DNA of 64,000 nucleotides from Dicyema japonicum (GCA_011109175.1 RDEW01000022.1:642273-706272); one strand, 5' to 3'; counted from the stretch's first letter, positions 25,432 through 40,278 are shown. Program-made: numbers and translations. The notes: generated by a model not told the origin, from the letters alone.

Positions 25432-26699
25432 TTTTTATCAAATAATTATCATTTTTTGTTCCTTTCCTTAAGGTAGATGAGGAACAGCAAGCTCAAACTG
25501 TAAATTATGAAGAAGGAAATGATGACATTCAGTGCCAGCAGTAAGCTGATAGAATCTCAAACTTATTCGAAAGACGATGTCAAGTAAAATAGTCACTGAA
25601 GAAACACTATTTTGAAATATTTTAATAAAGATCAACCGTCTTTTAAAGCTGCCCATAACCCAAAGTTTCAAAAGCTTAATTTTGATTTTCACCTCAAGAA
25701 TGACGTTGATTGACAACTGCCCTGCACAGTGTCCCAATGAACTTGAATATATAAAAAATTGTTTCTTTTTCAAAATAGTAGGGGTTTACTTTAACCCGTG
25801 GATATTGGCATTATAAAATCTTTGAGTAATGTTACCAAGTTAATCTATTTGACGGAATTATAGAAACTAGATATTTCGGTGTACAATTCTTACAAGAAAT
25901 TCTCTATTGACCAAAACGGTCCTTTTGAAAAAATGGCTTAGGAAAAATTATCCGAAGAGTCGGTCATGAATAGTATCAGTGTTTACAACAACGAAAATCT
26001 TGAAATTGGTATTTTTGAAAAGTAATCAGAACAGAATTTTCGATCCTCTAAAAATTGATGATTTTAAACATTGAATACAAGTAGCATGAACATTTAATGA
26101 AATTTCTTTAGAAGATTCAGAAAATAGTGAATCGGAAAAAATAAAACTTGTAGACAGAATGGATGTGGCAGTTAGATTAATTACTATGGAGCGGGAAATA
26201 TTAGTAATGTTGAAAATTAAGTTTCTCTAATTTCTTCAATAAGAAAGTACAATTATTGTAGGCAACTAGCATGGAAACATAATTGTCATATTTCCACACG
26301 TGCGGCTTAAAGCAATTTTTCGGATCAATCTCGTCCATCCAAGAAAGTACAAAGCAATTATCATCGAAGCAACGAAAACTAGTTAGGAATTACATTTTAT
26401 ACAACCAACAATAAAAAGTTAGTATTTATTGTCGTATGTCATAGCGTCCGGGTTGATAAGACAAATTTATCACTTGAAAACATTAACAACCACTAAGTTT
26501 TGTTTAAAGAGAAAGATCGGTCCCTTTTTCCCTCAAATTTTTTATTTTGAGTCAATAGAGCGATTAATTGTGAAAAGGTTGAAAATAGAAGAGGTCGAAG
26601 GATCGGTCCCTTTTTATACATTGTTATCAATCAAAAAGTTATTCGCCATTTCATATCAACTTGTGATTCCTGTCCATTTCAACAGTCTAAAGACTAGTG

Positions 26700-27900
26700 A
26701 AGATATTCAAATGATTACTTTTTTACATAAAATCGAAAAATTCGTGGATGATTGTATAGATCTTCGGAGATATTTTTCCTATAATAAAGAATATAAATGG
26801 ATTCTTAATTGATTGTTACTCAAAATTCGCTTGGTAATTTCCCTTAATTAGTAAAACTTAACAAAATACAAGAAATTTTTTTGAAGACATGTTTTTATCA
26901 ATTGGGCCACCTGAAACATTGCACATGAACAATGGAGAAGAGTTTTGTAACTCTGAAGTTTCAGCATTATTATGTGATTGGGAGATAACGGCGATTCATG
27001 GTAGACCAAGACACCCTCAATCACAAGGGCAGGTGGAACGCGTTGGTTGGCAAAAACTCTATTTCAATCCAAATCTAATAATTGGATTGACATATTGAAA
27101 ACCACTGTCTATAATATAACATTTCTATTCATCGTGCTACTGGAAGTCACCAATCAGGTTAGTTTTATGAATTTTAATTTTAGACTATTATAAAAATTTT
27201 GGCATAGTGGTTAGGTGTCGGGCTTAAGTCGCTTAGGCTACGGGTTCGATTCTCGCTGCTGTTCACCTGGTGGAAAGTTCCACGCATCTACAATGCAGAA
27301 AGGGTTAGACGAGTGAGGGCGTCATCAGTAGATACTCACTGCGGAACTGGATTATCTAGAAAGGACCCACACACAAGAAAAAAAAAAGTGAAAATCATTC
27401 CTTGGTTTTACGATTAGTTAAAAATTAACTGTTCTTTACTTAAATAAAGTGTGTGTCCTGCTTATGCGGAGCTATAAATATTATGGCTCTCATGGAAAAT
27501 CTTTATTATTATCGAAACTTTGGGATTCAATACTGTTTCTGTGTCTAATAATAAAGTGATCGAATTACCTGCTCAAAGAACTGAACATTTTTCAGATGAT
27601 GAAATTCAAGAAATTTGTTCTCTTTCAGAAATCGAATTGGATCATCAAACATCAGAGCATTTCGAAAATTATAAAAGAAAGTGAAAGAAAAGAGAATAAA
27701 AATTTTCAAAAAAATCATGTCAAAATAGGCGATACTATTTCATCAAATCAGATTTTGATAACAACCTGAAGAAAAAAACATGCCTTGGACAGTTTTTTTT
27801 TGAAAGGGAACATTTTGCAACCAAACACCGTGTTTAAAATACATAACATATGCAAAAAGTAGTTAGATTGTAAATTTGCTCTAATGATTTTTTAGTCATA
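26700..27900 (+). mobile_element. Ginger/SCAND3-type DDE integrase remnant, interrupted by a SINE
   Basis: YKWILN, GPPETLHMNNGEEF and HGRPRHPQSQGQVER (rve core). Confidence 0.8.
27207..27474 (+). mobile_element. tRNA-derived SINE
   Basis: A-box-like GTGGTTAGG and B-box GGTTCGATTC; four related copies in the window. Confidence 0.88.
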
Positions 27901-28259
27901 TAGAAAATATTGAGAAATATTTTGTAGCCTTTCAATTGAGAGAATAGCTTCAATAGCTTTGTAATCTTTCGTGAATTTAATGCTTTGAATTATTTCCACA
28001 CCCGATCAAGATATATTCCTAGGATCCCCAATCACCATAAATGCACTGGGGAGAGCTATACAGGAAAAACGACTGTCACTCGGAGATACTCTGGACCGTT
28101 TGTGTCTAAGGGACTTGGGGGACCGCTTGTGTCTACTTGACATGCATACATCATTATTCCTCCTGAAAAAACAGTCTCAACGTACAGAGGATTGCACATG
28201 TTCTGATGACTGTTCCCTATTTCACTCAGTGTGACCAAATCAAACAGATTAACGGGATC

Positions 28260-29140
28260 TTCCGTTCGACAGCGGAGCGCATCTTCAACATCCGGTTTGA
28301 GGACTACTCATGAAAGCAAGCGACGCTGCCAGTGAGACTCGGAGGGCTTGGAATTCGCAACAATGTAGGCCTTTCTCTCCCTGCAAATCTCTCGTCGCTA
28401 ATGGCCTGTAACAGCCTTGTCAAGGGAATTCTATACTCCCTCCCTGAATTCTCTATTGACCAGGACGCCGGCCATGCTCGTGAGGCCTGGATGCGTACTT
28501 ATCAGGTTTCCCTGCCTTCCGTGTTCTCTCAGCAGTGCCTGGATGCTGTATGCCGGAATTTTTTCGAAGATCTGCTAGTCTTATCTAGCTGTCTTTCGAG
28601 AGCGGTGCCTGGCCCAATGAAGTTTTGGGTACCTTTCTAAATGATGAATGCGTCCGTATTGGAATCTCATTATGACTGGGATTAAAAGTCTCTGTTCCTC
28701 ATCCTTGCCGATGCGGAGATCAGATTGACTGTTTAGACCTACACCCTCTCTTCTGCAGGAAGAGTGTAGGCAGATTTCCCAGATATATGGCCTTGAACGA
28801 AGTTGTTAGGCAAGCTTTTGTCGCCGTCGGACACCCTTCCATGCTTGGACCAGACGGTTTTTACAGGCGGACGGAAAACGACAAGATGGGATGACAATCT
28901 CCCTTTTGAAGCCGGGAAACCTCTTGTCTGGGGCGTCACCTCCACCAACACGTTAGCCCCTTACGACCTAATCTGGAGTGCCCCTGGAGCCTGTTCTGCC
29001 GCCGAGAGGTTGAAACTTGCAAAGTACACGGCCCTACCCATAGATTTTTTGTTCGTTCCAATCGCCGCTTAGACCTCTGGTTTCCTTCTTGAGTCGTCTA
29101 GGGAATCTGATTTTAACAATATCAGGAGACCCCATGAGCT
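28260..29140 (+). mobile_element. CRE-like non-LTR element fragment
   Basis: LPVRLGGLGIR, PHPCRCG..HPLFC and GKPLVWGVT; frameshifted. Confidence 0.8.
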
Positions 29141-29189
29141 CTGCTTGTTATTTATATTAATAAGTCAAAAATAACCAGGTAAACTAATT

Positions 29190-30540
29190 GAAAGAAAAAC
29201 GCCATCAGGGGATTTCGGCTTCTCTCAGCAATATTCTCATCTTTTCCCAGTGTTGCTCTCGGTTACCGACACATTTTCGATTTCTGAGCAGTAGATCTTC
29301 CTTGTTAAGATTTTTATGGGAACCGAATCAAAAGCCCTACGGATGTCAACCGAACACAATAAAATTTTGAGGTGGCTTTGACTCAAGTCCCGCCATAATA
29401 AAGTTTGTGGGGGTTTGCAAGTGCGTACTTGTAGATAGGTTTTTCTTGAATCCGTGCTGGGAGGATTCTTTAGGTAAATATGGGAAGATGCGGTCCAAAA
29501 CATTTTCTAAAGAATTTCAGACAATGCGCATTATAGGGATATTGTTCGATAAAAAGAAGGGGACTCTTTTGGTTTTCCATGTTGCTGACCTGGGTGGATA
29601 TGGGCCAACTTCCACATTGTTGGAATTGTATTTCTATTTATGATATGTTTATATGTGTTAGTGCTGTGAGTGCCCTGGGTCCAAACTTTTTGATAACAAT
29701 CAAGGAATTTTATCCGCTTGAGTAGGTTAGTTTTGGGATTTAAGTTGCATTTTCAACTTCCATTGGTGAAAACGATGCATGAACATGACCACATCTTGGT
29801 TTTATAATGACAAAGAGGGCCCCGTACCTTTCTATGGGGTAAGTAGCTGTTCTGAGCGTAGACTTCATCATTCAAGTTCATTTTTGCAGAAATCACTGTT
29901 TTTCTTCTCCGGGTATTTGATCAGGGAGAGAGTTTTCCACATGATTGACAGGGACCCCTGTTTGTTAAACACGGAGGTGGTTTTTCCCCTCTCGTCCATT
30001 TCTCTTTTCTTAGAGATTTTCTTTATTTCGCTAAAAAGCACTCGATTTCCGTATATAATTTCTGGTGATGGCCTTTGGATGCTTTTGGGTCGATTACTTT
30101 CATTCATAATCCTGTTCGTTTTGTGATAAAAAACGTTTAATGTAGGATTTGATTGATTTTTCTTTGATAAGTACCTTCATTGCCTTCTGGATCTTTTGTA
30201 GGCATAAGAGACTGTATTATCGAGTGAGTTGAAACGTACTGCGTCGAAATTGGCTAAGTTCATATCCATACATTGAGCAAAATTTTCCAATTCACGTTTC
30301 TGTAATCCATGAAAGTGTTTCGTCTTCTTTTCGAGATCAACGTACCCTTCATCTGAATGAAAATAGGATTGTAGTCGCTCCTTGTGACATTGAACGTGAA
30401 ATCAGGTCAAGTCGTGTTATCACAAGCTCTATAGAGTGTTCTTGTGTTCATCGATAGTCTTAAGGATTATGAAGTTATCCAGTAGAGAGAGAAGGAGGTT
30501 TTCTCTTGCATCAACAGTTTGGTTTTGTATCAGGTCGGGT
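29190..30540 (-). mobile_element. decayed APE-RT LINE
   Basis: QHGFKKNLSTSTHL and SVDIRRAFDSV RT motifs; linker region upstream. Confidence 0.75.
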
Positions 30541-30899
30541 GTTTCGCCTTGAGGTCGCCACAGATCAACAAATGTTTGTATTGGCGTAACACATCCAGGG
30601 AATGGTAAATAATCCTGAGCTCAATTATCTTTCCTCTCAATCCATTTATGTTGAGTTGGATGATGGAAAGAGATTTTGCTGGTCCCAGATTAGGTTTGAT
30701 GTCTCCAGAGATGATTAAAAGCGTTCTTAACAGGTCAAATGAGTAATACTGAGAGAGCCGTCCGAGAGAGACATTCTTCTTGGCTTGGGGTGAGCAAATG
30801 ATGGTTATTTGAGCGAATCACACTCGCCATCCTGAGATGGAATAGCTACGGAGTCAAGGCAGTCGCTATATGACCATTTGCATACTTTTCCCCCTTAAA

Positions 30900-31715
30900 C
30901 TAATTACTCAAAGACCACCAAGGAATAAGTGAAACTAGTCTCTACTAACTTGTTATGGGCGGATTCTTTATTAAAGGATCCACGTTTGAATTCATAATGC
31001 AACAATCCAAGGGACCCGATGCAACCAATGAAATGTACATTGGCACCTTGCGAACCTGTTGCAACGACATTAGCCCTTGTTCCTTTTTTTGATCGACCCT
31101 TTTTACGGGATATGTGCATGTTTATATTTGTTTCATCCATAAATAATATTGGAATTTCCTCCGATTGATATTCCAATATATGAAGTTATAAATTTTTTCT
31201 TTATTTAATTCACTATTGCCTTTCTCTGGTTCATACCTGATATCTTTTAAAGAATAACAGGCACCGTCCAAGTGGACTCGAATGGTTTCTTTTGAAACAT
31301 TCTCAAGGTCTCAAGAGTAATCCTAGGGTTAATTTCGAGCAGTTCAACACAATAATCTTTATGTTTATCAAGAAATTTTTTTGCTTTGATCCCCCTCGCT
31401 GATCAGGTTTGTTTTTGTTTTTTAACCAACAATAAGTAGTTTTCGGAACATCGAGAGATTTTGCAAGTTCCCTCCAGTCACCATCTCCCTCATAAGCCCC
31501 GATAATAAGATTTTTCTTAATTGCAGCTTCAGACTTTTTTATTTGCGCAGGCATATGAATAAAAAATGAAATATTTGCGCAGACATGCAAATATATAGGT
31601 TTTTGCTTAGTCACTTTTGCACGTTGCTTAGTCACTTTTGCAAATGATCTCGACACTTTTGCATGTTGATTCGTCACTTTTGCGATTGATCTCGAAACTT
31701 TTGCAATTGCAATTA
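30900..31715 (-). mobile_element. IS630/Tc1-type transposon, 3'-truncated, with 21-bp subterminal repeats
   Basis: ILFMDETNIN (first D of DDE) and HTH-like WRELAKSLDVPKTT; repeats with a CACTTTTGC core at 31600-31715. Confidence 0.8.
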
Positions 31716-31829
31716 ATCTTCATCCTATAACAAAAAATAATTTTTGTTCCACTTTGATTTTGGTAAATACCACTTTGCTTTTGGTAAGACCCACTTTAAA
31801 CCTGAAATGGTATAATAATAAAATCATCT

Positions 31830-32330
31830 TCCTCCACTTGCCACTGCGTTGCTCTCCTAGTCAATCAAGATCTTCTTCCTCTCTTACACGTCTCCCAATC
31901 TTTTGGAGGTCCCCGTAGAGGACCATAGGGAAAGTGATCCTCGATCTTCCGTTGAATCTGGGAGCGTCATAGGTAATGTCTTCCATGGCCGTGTTATCTT
32001 GGATATCCAAGTCCATTCACAGAACGTGTTCAAAGTGCCTTCACTATTTCAATCGAGATTGGTGAACACTTCATCCTCTCGTACACAGTTCTGTTTGATA
32101 TTCTGCAGAGTCCTCGGAATGAGAGTGTTTGCTTCGATCGCGTTCGGTGGAAAGAGTCCAATTTTTATAAGTCTCTGAGCAGTTCATGTGCTCATGTCGA
32201 AAGTAGCACATACCTGACCAACGTTTACGTATCCCTTTTCTTACAAGCCACGTTTTCTTAAGTTTTTGTAATCCTGCATTTTCAATCGTCTTCTTCTCCC
32301 AATTTCCATCTGGTCTCCTGGGAAGTGTCT
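31830..32330 (-). mobile_element. RTE LINE 3' fragment
   Basis: LYKNWTLST, RHFEHVL and RGSLSLWSSTG region homologous to the other RTE copies. Confidence 0.6.
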
Positions 32331-32649
32331 AATTTATTGGTCTCGTATCAGATTTTGTTAGTTCTTGATTCATCTTTGAGTTCGATCACCTCCTGTTTCG
32401 TCCGCGCCCTGAAAAAAAAGTTTAAAACCGCCCACCTAAAACTTCCTATCGCCCACAAGGGGGTGATATCGCTTACTTTGGGAAACCCTGCTATATAAAA
32501 TCCGATTCCGCAGTGGTGTATCATTGATGAGGTCATCACTCATCAAGAAGCTTAAAACGGAATGTACAAAAAAGAGATTAGAACCCCTTCTGGATTTGCA
32601 CGACATGACACTATAAGGTTAACTGCTCAGACACAAATGTTTATAAAAA

Positions 32650-35600
32650 TTATTTGATAACAATTTTATACATGAAATTATCACGTGCGCCAACAAACAA
32701 GATATCATCAATAAAGAGAGGAGAAGAGAACACCTCCCCACCCAACTTGATAGTCCCAAGTACATTTCCTCCCTCCATATCTACCACAAATACACTTCCA
32801 TCAGTCGAGACAGCAAATACAACAGTCCTTTCATCTCTCAACATCCCGATAGTAGGCGAACTTACAAAGCCCATAGACAACGAAGAGCTCCATTTGAGGA
32901 CTCCGCTATCCAAATGAAGGCAATATAGACTCCCATCATTTGATCCAAATACGACAACCTCACCAAATACAACACTGTTTCCAAATACAGGACCATTTGA
33001 CATAAACTCCCATTCCATGAACTATCAATTAGCAACAAACAAGCCTTAATAGATTGGGTACTGAATTTACGAATACTTCCATCAACAGAAGTGACAACAA
33101 TAGAGTCTCCAATCACGATAGGAGACGAAAATATGGCAGAGCCAACATCAATTCTCCAAAAAATATCACCAGTTTTCTACATAATGTATACAACTAACCT
33201 TATCAACTAAATAAACAAATCCCTTAAGAGTAGCAAAGCAGACGTATGACTCACCAACAAATGGCTGAGAAACAATGCTTCCCTCCACAGAACAACTCCA
33301 CAGGCATTCAAATGTCTTAAAAGTTTAAATAATAAAAATTAATAAAAAATGATGCATAAAATTAAAAATAAATATTACATTGTAAGATAAACAAAACATC
33401 TTTTTACTGTGTGACCCCACGTAAACGCATAACTCAGATTCATCCACTCCTGGTTTACATTTAACAATATCCCCCGTATTAAACCGCCATAATACACTCC
33501 CTTTGCTAATAAAATATACAAAGTAGTCATAACATCCTACAAATAACGATAACGCAAACCCACCACAACCATACCCCCAGCAATACAAACACCCCCTTCC
33601 ACTCTCCCACCCAACTGTACTTTCCAAACCTCCACTCCGTCACAGTCCACTGCAAAAACCGCACAAGAATGTGATCCAAACACTATCTTTCCTCTAACAT
33701 TAAAGACACAGGTCATACTCAGTAAAAGCGGGTCCTCCATCTATGCATTTTCCACTATCGAAAACCCAGCAAATAGACAAATCCAAACTGTTAATTTGTT
33801 TCCTTTAAAATAAAGCAAATATAACCCAAATTTACTTGTAGTTGTTTCATAACAATCAAATTTAATATTTCGACAGTTTTTAACAATTTCACAAACCTCA
33901 TTGACAGAACTGTTTAACACAAACTCAACATCCACTATATTGTCTCCAAAAGCGAATCTCAACCATTCCACAATCCTAACTGCTTCTAATGAGTTCCCTC
34001 CAAGCATATCAAACCTCACCGTCAAATCAAGGATTTCTCGGTTGAGGATATTCTAAACAATAATAACCACGACAACCCCATAAACAATAGGAATACAAGT
34101 AAAACCATTCAAATTATCCCCCAACACTCTTCGGGAGTACTTTTCAAGATATTTGTGGTCAATTTTGCCTACAATTACCCCCAAAGACAATTACCGTGAC
34201 TATTGAAAGGGATACTGTCAATAACACTTATAAAATCAGGTTGATGACTGTTTGGTAGTATTTCCCCCAGAGTATGACGAATTGTGGACTTGTCTAGTGA
34301 AGTACCTGATAGGAATAGATGGAGGAATAAATCAGTGAAAAGTGAGACCACGTTGGAGGATATTCCACGTGACAAAACTATCTGTTGTGATTATTATAAT
34401 AAACCTGTTCAATCTCATCAAGATTAACCCTGATTCCCAATCTCTTTATTATTCTTGAACTTCTTCCACACAAATATACATTTCCACCGTCAAAGTAACA
34501 CATATCCCCCGTTGAGTAAAACACACATCCATTCTTCACGAATGAGTCTCCCTTCTTAGTTATCAGCTCACATCCACCTCCAAATGCAGCTGAAATCATA
34601 AGAATATGAAAACCTGCGTATAGTTTGCCAACTTTATGATTATTTGACGAAAACTCTTCATAACCGTCATAAACTACGTCCAACAGACGAGAGGTGAGAC
34701 AATTACCTATTGGAATGGGGAGATCCCTTGTAATAAGTGTAAGATAAACCAATCCATTGGGATCTCAAACAAACTAGTCCACGAAGAGACTTCAGTGATT
34801 CCATAAATATTAAATATCCGTGTTTTATTCCCATGTTCTCTGCACTTTTGAATGTCAGTAACAGGGGGAGGAGATTCTCCCCCCATAATCAAACATTTAA
34901 GTGTTGACTTTGCACTTAGTAATGTCTTTCTGAGTAATTGTGGTCCCATAAGTCTGAAAATGGTAGGAGTCATCTGTGCAATTGATAGACCCACGTGGTG
35001 AATAGAAAAGTTTGATAGAGTAAAGTCCTCACGTTTGAGAATGAGTAGAGAGGAACCATTACTGAGAGATGAAAAAAGGTCGACCAGACTAGGATCGAAT
35101 GTAAGAGGAGAAGACAGTAGAATAACGTCAGATGGAGAAATCTCGAAGATTCTTCTATCAATAAGGTTACAAATTAACCCAAAATCGATGATATTTGGGA
35201 TAATACAGCTATGTCTTACTTTGACAACTTTTGGTTCCCCCGTAGAACCTGATGTGGTGATAGCGTAAGCCATTTCTTGATGTGACTGATATTCATGACT
35301 TTTATTCCACAAAAGTGAGTATTTGTCTAAAAGAGGAATAAGGGGAAGAAGTTGTGATTGTTGACAAATAAATCCTTTAATTATTAATAAATTGTACTGT
35401 GGAGTGATTATCCTCGCTAATTACAAATCGTACTGACAGTGAGTTTATTACATGAGATATATACCACGTGGGCCAATCCTTATCAATAGTAATAAATGGA
35501 AATAATTCACAGACACTACAATTGTTAATAAAATATACCCCAAATAGATTGAGTGAAGTAAAACAGTGTTTGAGATGGAAATAGCTATGCATTCTCTGTT

Positions 35601-35760
35601 ATTGGAGACAGACTTGAGTAATTGGGATATCTTATTGTTATAAAAAAACTACATTATTAGAATAATTGTATAGTTTTTTATATGTCAAGTAATATTTATT
35701 ATAGTACTTTACTGCTGTGCGACTATCATCCCCACGAAATAGTAAATCATATAACCTCAT
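32650..35760 (-). CDS. AASDH: beta-alanine-activating enzyme (adenylation + carrier + PQQ beta-propeller), 15 introns
   Basis: AYAITTSGSTGEPK, LTFDPS, NIYGITEVSSW, YSTGD, carrier-domain LGGNSL, GKCIDGGP and LGGEVFSSP...VGARDN. One frameshift near 35345; the last intron is GC-AG. Confidence 0.93.
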
Positions 35761-35899
35761 TAATGTATTTTAAATTTAAGTTATTAATTTTTATAATCAT
35801 TTTTTTACTACCAAGTTTCATGCCGTCTGACTCACGCGGTGATAGAGTCGCAAACTCCCTATCCAGCAACCATGAGGGGGCGGATGGTGTCGGATCCTG

Positions 35900-37300
35900 C
35901 TCTTTTCCTGTGTAGATGTCGAGGAAAATCCTGGATCTGATTTATGCAAATCAACATCAATGGTGTCCGGACGATAATCGCCTACAACGCTTTCTCGTCA
36001 AACACTCAGTGAATATAGCTTTTTTCCAAGAGACGAAACTCAACCCACGGCGGCCAACCCCCAACTTTCCGGGATACTCAGTTTTCTGGCGAGACACAAG
36101 TCATGGAAAGGGAGGAGGCCTTATTACGTTAATAAGAAAGCATATACTGGACAATTACTTTAACAATGAGAACAAACCATCGTTCAGAGGATGGCCCAGA
36201 ATCACTCTACCCGTGGCTCTGAACAAGGATCTAAATGGAATTAGAAGAAAACTTAAATCTGCAGAAGACCTAGAAGATCTACGGACGTTGCTGAAACGCG
36301 ATATCTAATCCAAACGAGAAATAAGCTAAAGAAATTCTAAAGACAGTCAGTGGACGAACTGAAAGGATTTCAAAACTAAATAAAGAAATCACGGGAATGT
36401 GACAAAACACAACAAAGAACGTTGGGTAGCCTTGCTCAGAAAAGCTACGAATAATACATCCTCCACTGAATTATGAAAATCGATAAGGAGGCTCAAGAAG
36501 TGCTCACCACATTTAATTGGACTTCGAGAGCCATGTCCAAATCCCGATGACATTGTGAAGTACATAAACCATATTCAAAAGACCTGGATGTTCATTCTGG
36601 CCATGGTCGAAGGAACAAATGTCCCAACATGACTTTCTTAGACCCGTTACTGGCGCATTCAGTAATCTGTAAAATGAATAATTCGTCGTCCCGCAGTTCA
36701 GATGACATCTCCATTCTCGAACTGAAACACCTGGGTCCTTCCGCAACGGACGCAATAAAACAAATTTTCAACCTCTCAACACGAGAATAAGATTCCGATA
36801 TCCTGAAGAAAAGCAAACCACCAAACTGCCCGTCCTCCTACCACCCAGTATCCATCATCTGCGCCTCATCACGTGTGTTAAAAAGCTGGTCCTTCTCAAG
36901 ATTCGTCCTTTCATGACTCTACCATCTTTTCTACACGGATTAAGCGAAGGACACTCAACAACTCATTTAACAAAACTGGTACAATTCATCTCAGATGGTC
37001 TGAATACCCCAAATCCACACGAGAGGACCGTGTTGGTCTCATTGGATGTGACATAGTATCCAGGAAGATCCTCACGGCAGAAATTTTTATGACGTCGATC
37101 CACCTAAATTCAAGTCATGGTTGTTTAATTTCATCAACGGTCGAATGAGACAAGTGGAGGCAAATAACCAAAAATCAAAACTGAGATAAAGAGAGTGCTA
37201 CAAGGATCATCGTAATCACCAACGCTTTTCAATTTGTAAATCAGTGACCTACAATCCCCAACCAACGAAATTCAATTCTTTTATCGTATGCTGATGTTCT
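35900..37300 (+). mobile_element. mosaic of APE-LINE and RTE fragments
   Basis: AFFQETKL..FPGYSVF..GGGLITLI fused to RTE DNYFNNENKPSFRG, followed by RT fragments (THLTKLVQFISDGLN). Confidence 0.8.
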
Positions 37301-39059
37301 CGCAATTCAGTGAAATATCGAAAAGCCAAGAAGGCGAAACGGTCACTGCAAGAGATATTAAACCTTACGAGTCTTTGATTCTTGAAGAAACGTCTAAATA
37401 CATTACCATGAAAGTCAAAAGTAACGACGTTTTCCTCATCACGAAAAGAAATACGAGAAACGCCAGTCTATTTTACTATATTGGTTCATTTATCTCGCAC
37501 CTAGTCACAGGGTGGCATTTACTCCATTGAGTAATTTCCACAACTGTAAGGACGTTTTTCTTTTTTCGTGAGTTATTAATGGAGTTGGTGAATGTTAATC
37601 AATAATTAAGACACAATGAGGTGGTAAGATGATGCATCCAGTCGTATCTCTGTAAAAAGTATAGGAATTCGAAGAGAATAAAGTAATTTTATTTTTTATT
37701 TTAATAACCCCGGGAACACCGAGAAAGAAAGACAAAAGAGTCAAACAGTTAGGTGATCCCAATCCTCGCAATCAATTGTCCCATTCGACGTCTGTGATCT
37801 TCCATTGTCCCCACTACTTTCCGGAAGAGCCTTCTCTCGGTCTTGCAGAGGAATCCGATTGGGGAGGGGAATTTCTTATCCAATCGGTTTTCTCTTGACA
37901 TGGAAAGGATCAGGCGAAGCGGATTTCCATCTTCCTCACAGACGCGAAGAAATCCGGAGCCACGACTACGGATCTAAGCTTCCATGAGTAGTGGGTCGAC
38001 TGTTGATCCATTACGTGGGCAAAGCATACTGATTGTTTTCCGGTATAACGAGTTGATTCTTTGGACCATAGACTCCGATAGCGCGAATAAAGTAATATTC
38101 AGTGCAGTCCATAATATCTTCCAAAATGTTTAAATTTCCGTTGATAACAAAATTGTAAATAAATAAGAATGAAATTACCTCAATCCCCCAGGAATACATC
38201 AAACAAGTTAAGGTTGAAAAGTCCTCATGAGAACTATCCTGTATAACACTCAAGTAAATATTATCCAAGTGGTGAAAGAATTGTCTCAAAATGTTTATAA
38301 GTAATCGAAAGTGAGGGCATACATTCAGTCGTGGTTGAGAAAATTCTCGAAAGTATGATCATCAAGCATATGATTAAGGTCTTGGAGAATCAATTCATCT
38401 CTACTTCTAACAAACTTGTGACATGTGATAATGATATTACATTGGGAGTAGAGGAGTGATGACTGATTTGTATAAGGAGAGAAAGAATAAAGATTATTTG
38501 GTAGTTAACTCATCAAAGAATAGAAAAAATATTGATAAACACAATTTATTTAAGAAGTAAAGAACAGTCAAAGACATCAAATTTGCTTTTTTTGTTTTTT
38601 TCTTTTTGCTTGCGTGCGATTCTGAAACAATCCGGTTCTCTAAAGAAATGATGTGATTTTATTTTAATAATAATAATAACCCCGGGTACACCGAGAAAGA
38701 AGTTAAAGTAAACAACTAATTAAGTGCATCCAGTTTCAACTTCTACAAAAACAGAGTCCATCCGGAATCAACATAAATGGTAAATGACGTCCATAGTTGC
38801 AGTTGTGGAAACCCTCCAGTGGAGTGGGGAAGAGCAAATGATCCTTTTTCGTGCCGGCCTGCCACTGGGCGCCACCCAGAAAGGTGGATTACATGACGCT
38901 ACTCTAATAGGAAGAAAGGAGGAACAGACGAACAAACAGAAACTTCAACCAATTAGGCTTACAATATTTGGTAAGCCCAGCACATATTTTATTTATCAAC
39001 CCCAGGCTTAAAATATTTGGTAAGGTCAGGACAAACAGTCATTACTAATTCCTATTTAA

Positions 39060-40190
39060 CTTATTTTTTTATTTTTTACAAAGGAACTTTATTTAGCCAA
39101 AAAGTAACAGTTAACAACTGCTGGCAGCTCTCATAATTGAGCACATTTCCTCTGACGATTTGCAATGAAATGCGCTCAATGAGCCAGTTCCTTTCTCTCC
39201 GATCATTCTTCCTCTTCGCGATGAAAGAAAAGCAGGATCAATAGCCTGATTCCTACAATTCCTGACGTTTCCACTGCCACTGGTTCGAAAATAAGTATTT
39301 TATCTTTAGGGTCTCAGCCTTCTCCGAAGCAGAACCTGGGTTAGTTGCCGTCGTTGTAAGGTTGGAGGGAGAGAGGAAATCGACACAGGTGGCGTCCCAG
39401 GCAAGGTATTTACCACTCTCCAATGGGAAGCAAGTGGTTCTGTCCGGTCTTCAGTTGGCAAGTCCAAGCAGCTCCAATCAGGCAGGAAATCCAGCAGCCT
39501 CAGGTCCCCAAGCAATAACACCGTTGATTGCGGTGTGTCTAGGACTCCTTCCTGCACTCCTCCGAGAGGAAAGAGCGTAAAGACCTTTTGCGTCGACCAT
39601 CCCTCCACATCTACGTGCAAATATCCACATCCATTCCGAGGCGGATGGAAACCCCAATCCAAGTATCCAAGGTGCATGGTAATGCTCTGAGCAAGGCTCC
39701 GCTCTCGTTCGTTGATACAAAAGCCAGACAAGACAGACGATGCTGATCAAGCACAGGTTTTATCTCTTCTAGCTTGTCATTCTCATTTTTTGAGCATAAA
39801 AGCTTGTCCCATTCTCATTTTTTATTAGAGTTCTTCGGGAATCCAACACCTAGTCGCGTCCAGACTTGCCGAGCCATGCAACCACTGATTTCAGCGTCCG
39901 ATCCGTTAATGTAGTGTAGGATCTGGCGTATGAGACCACTGGAAGCATATGTCGAAGATAGAGAGACCATGAGGGCGAGTTCTAGTGGTGAGCGTATTCC
40001 GATTCCTCAGTAGCGAAGAGGTAGTTTGGATTGGATCTAGTTTTGTTGAGCGTTTCTTCAACAGCAGTCCTCAACTTCTCATCGATGGATCTCAAAAAGT
40101 TCATGTCCGTAAAACATGGGACTATCTGTAAAAGAAAAAGGAGTAAGGTGAAAATTCCTGAGGAAGAATAAAGACATGTGGGAGTCCAGG
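39060..40190 (-). mobile_element. CRE-like non-LTR element fragment
   Basis: LPLRYxGIGIR, SAGRSPRHTAING, PVAVETSG and QIVRGN. Confidence 0.8.
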
Positions 40191-40278
40191 GTTTGTTTAA
40201 CTTATTATTAATAAAGTATTTATATTTGGATAACCAAATTAATAATATTTAATAATATTTAAATTAAAAATAAATAAA

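Noticed and set aside
27207-27270. Functional tRNA gene
   Set aside because: No complete cloverleaf; it continues into a multi-copy SINE body.
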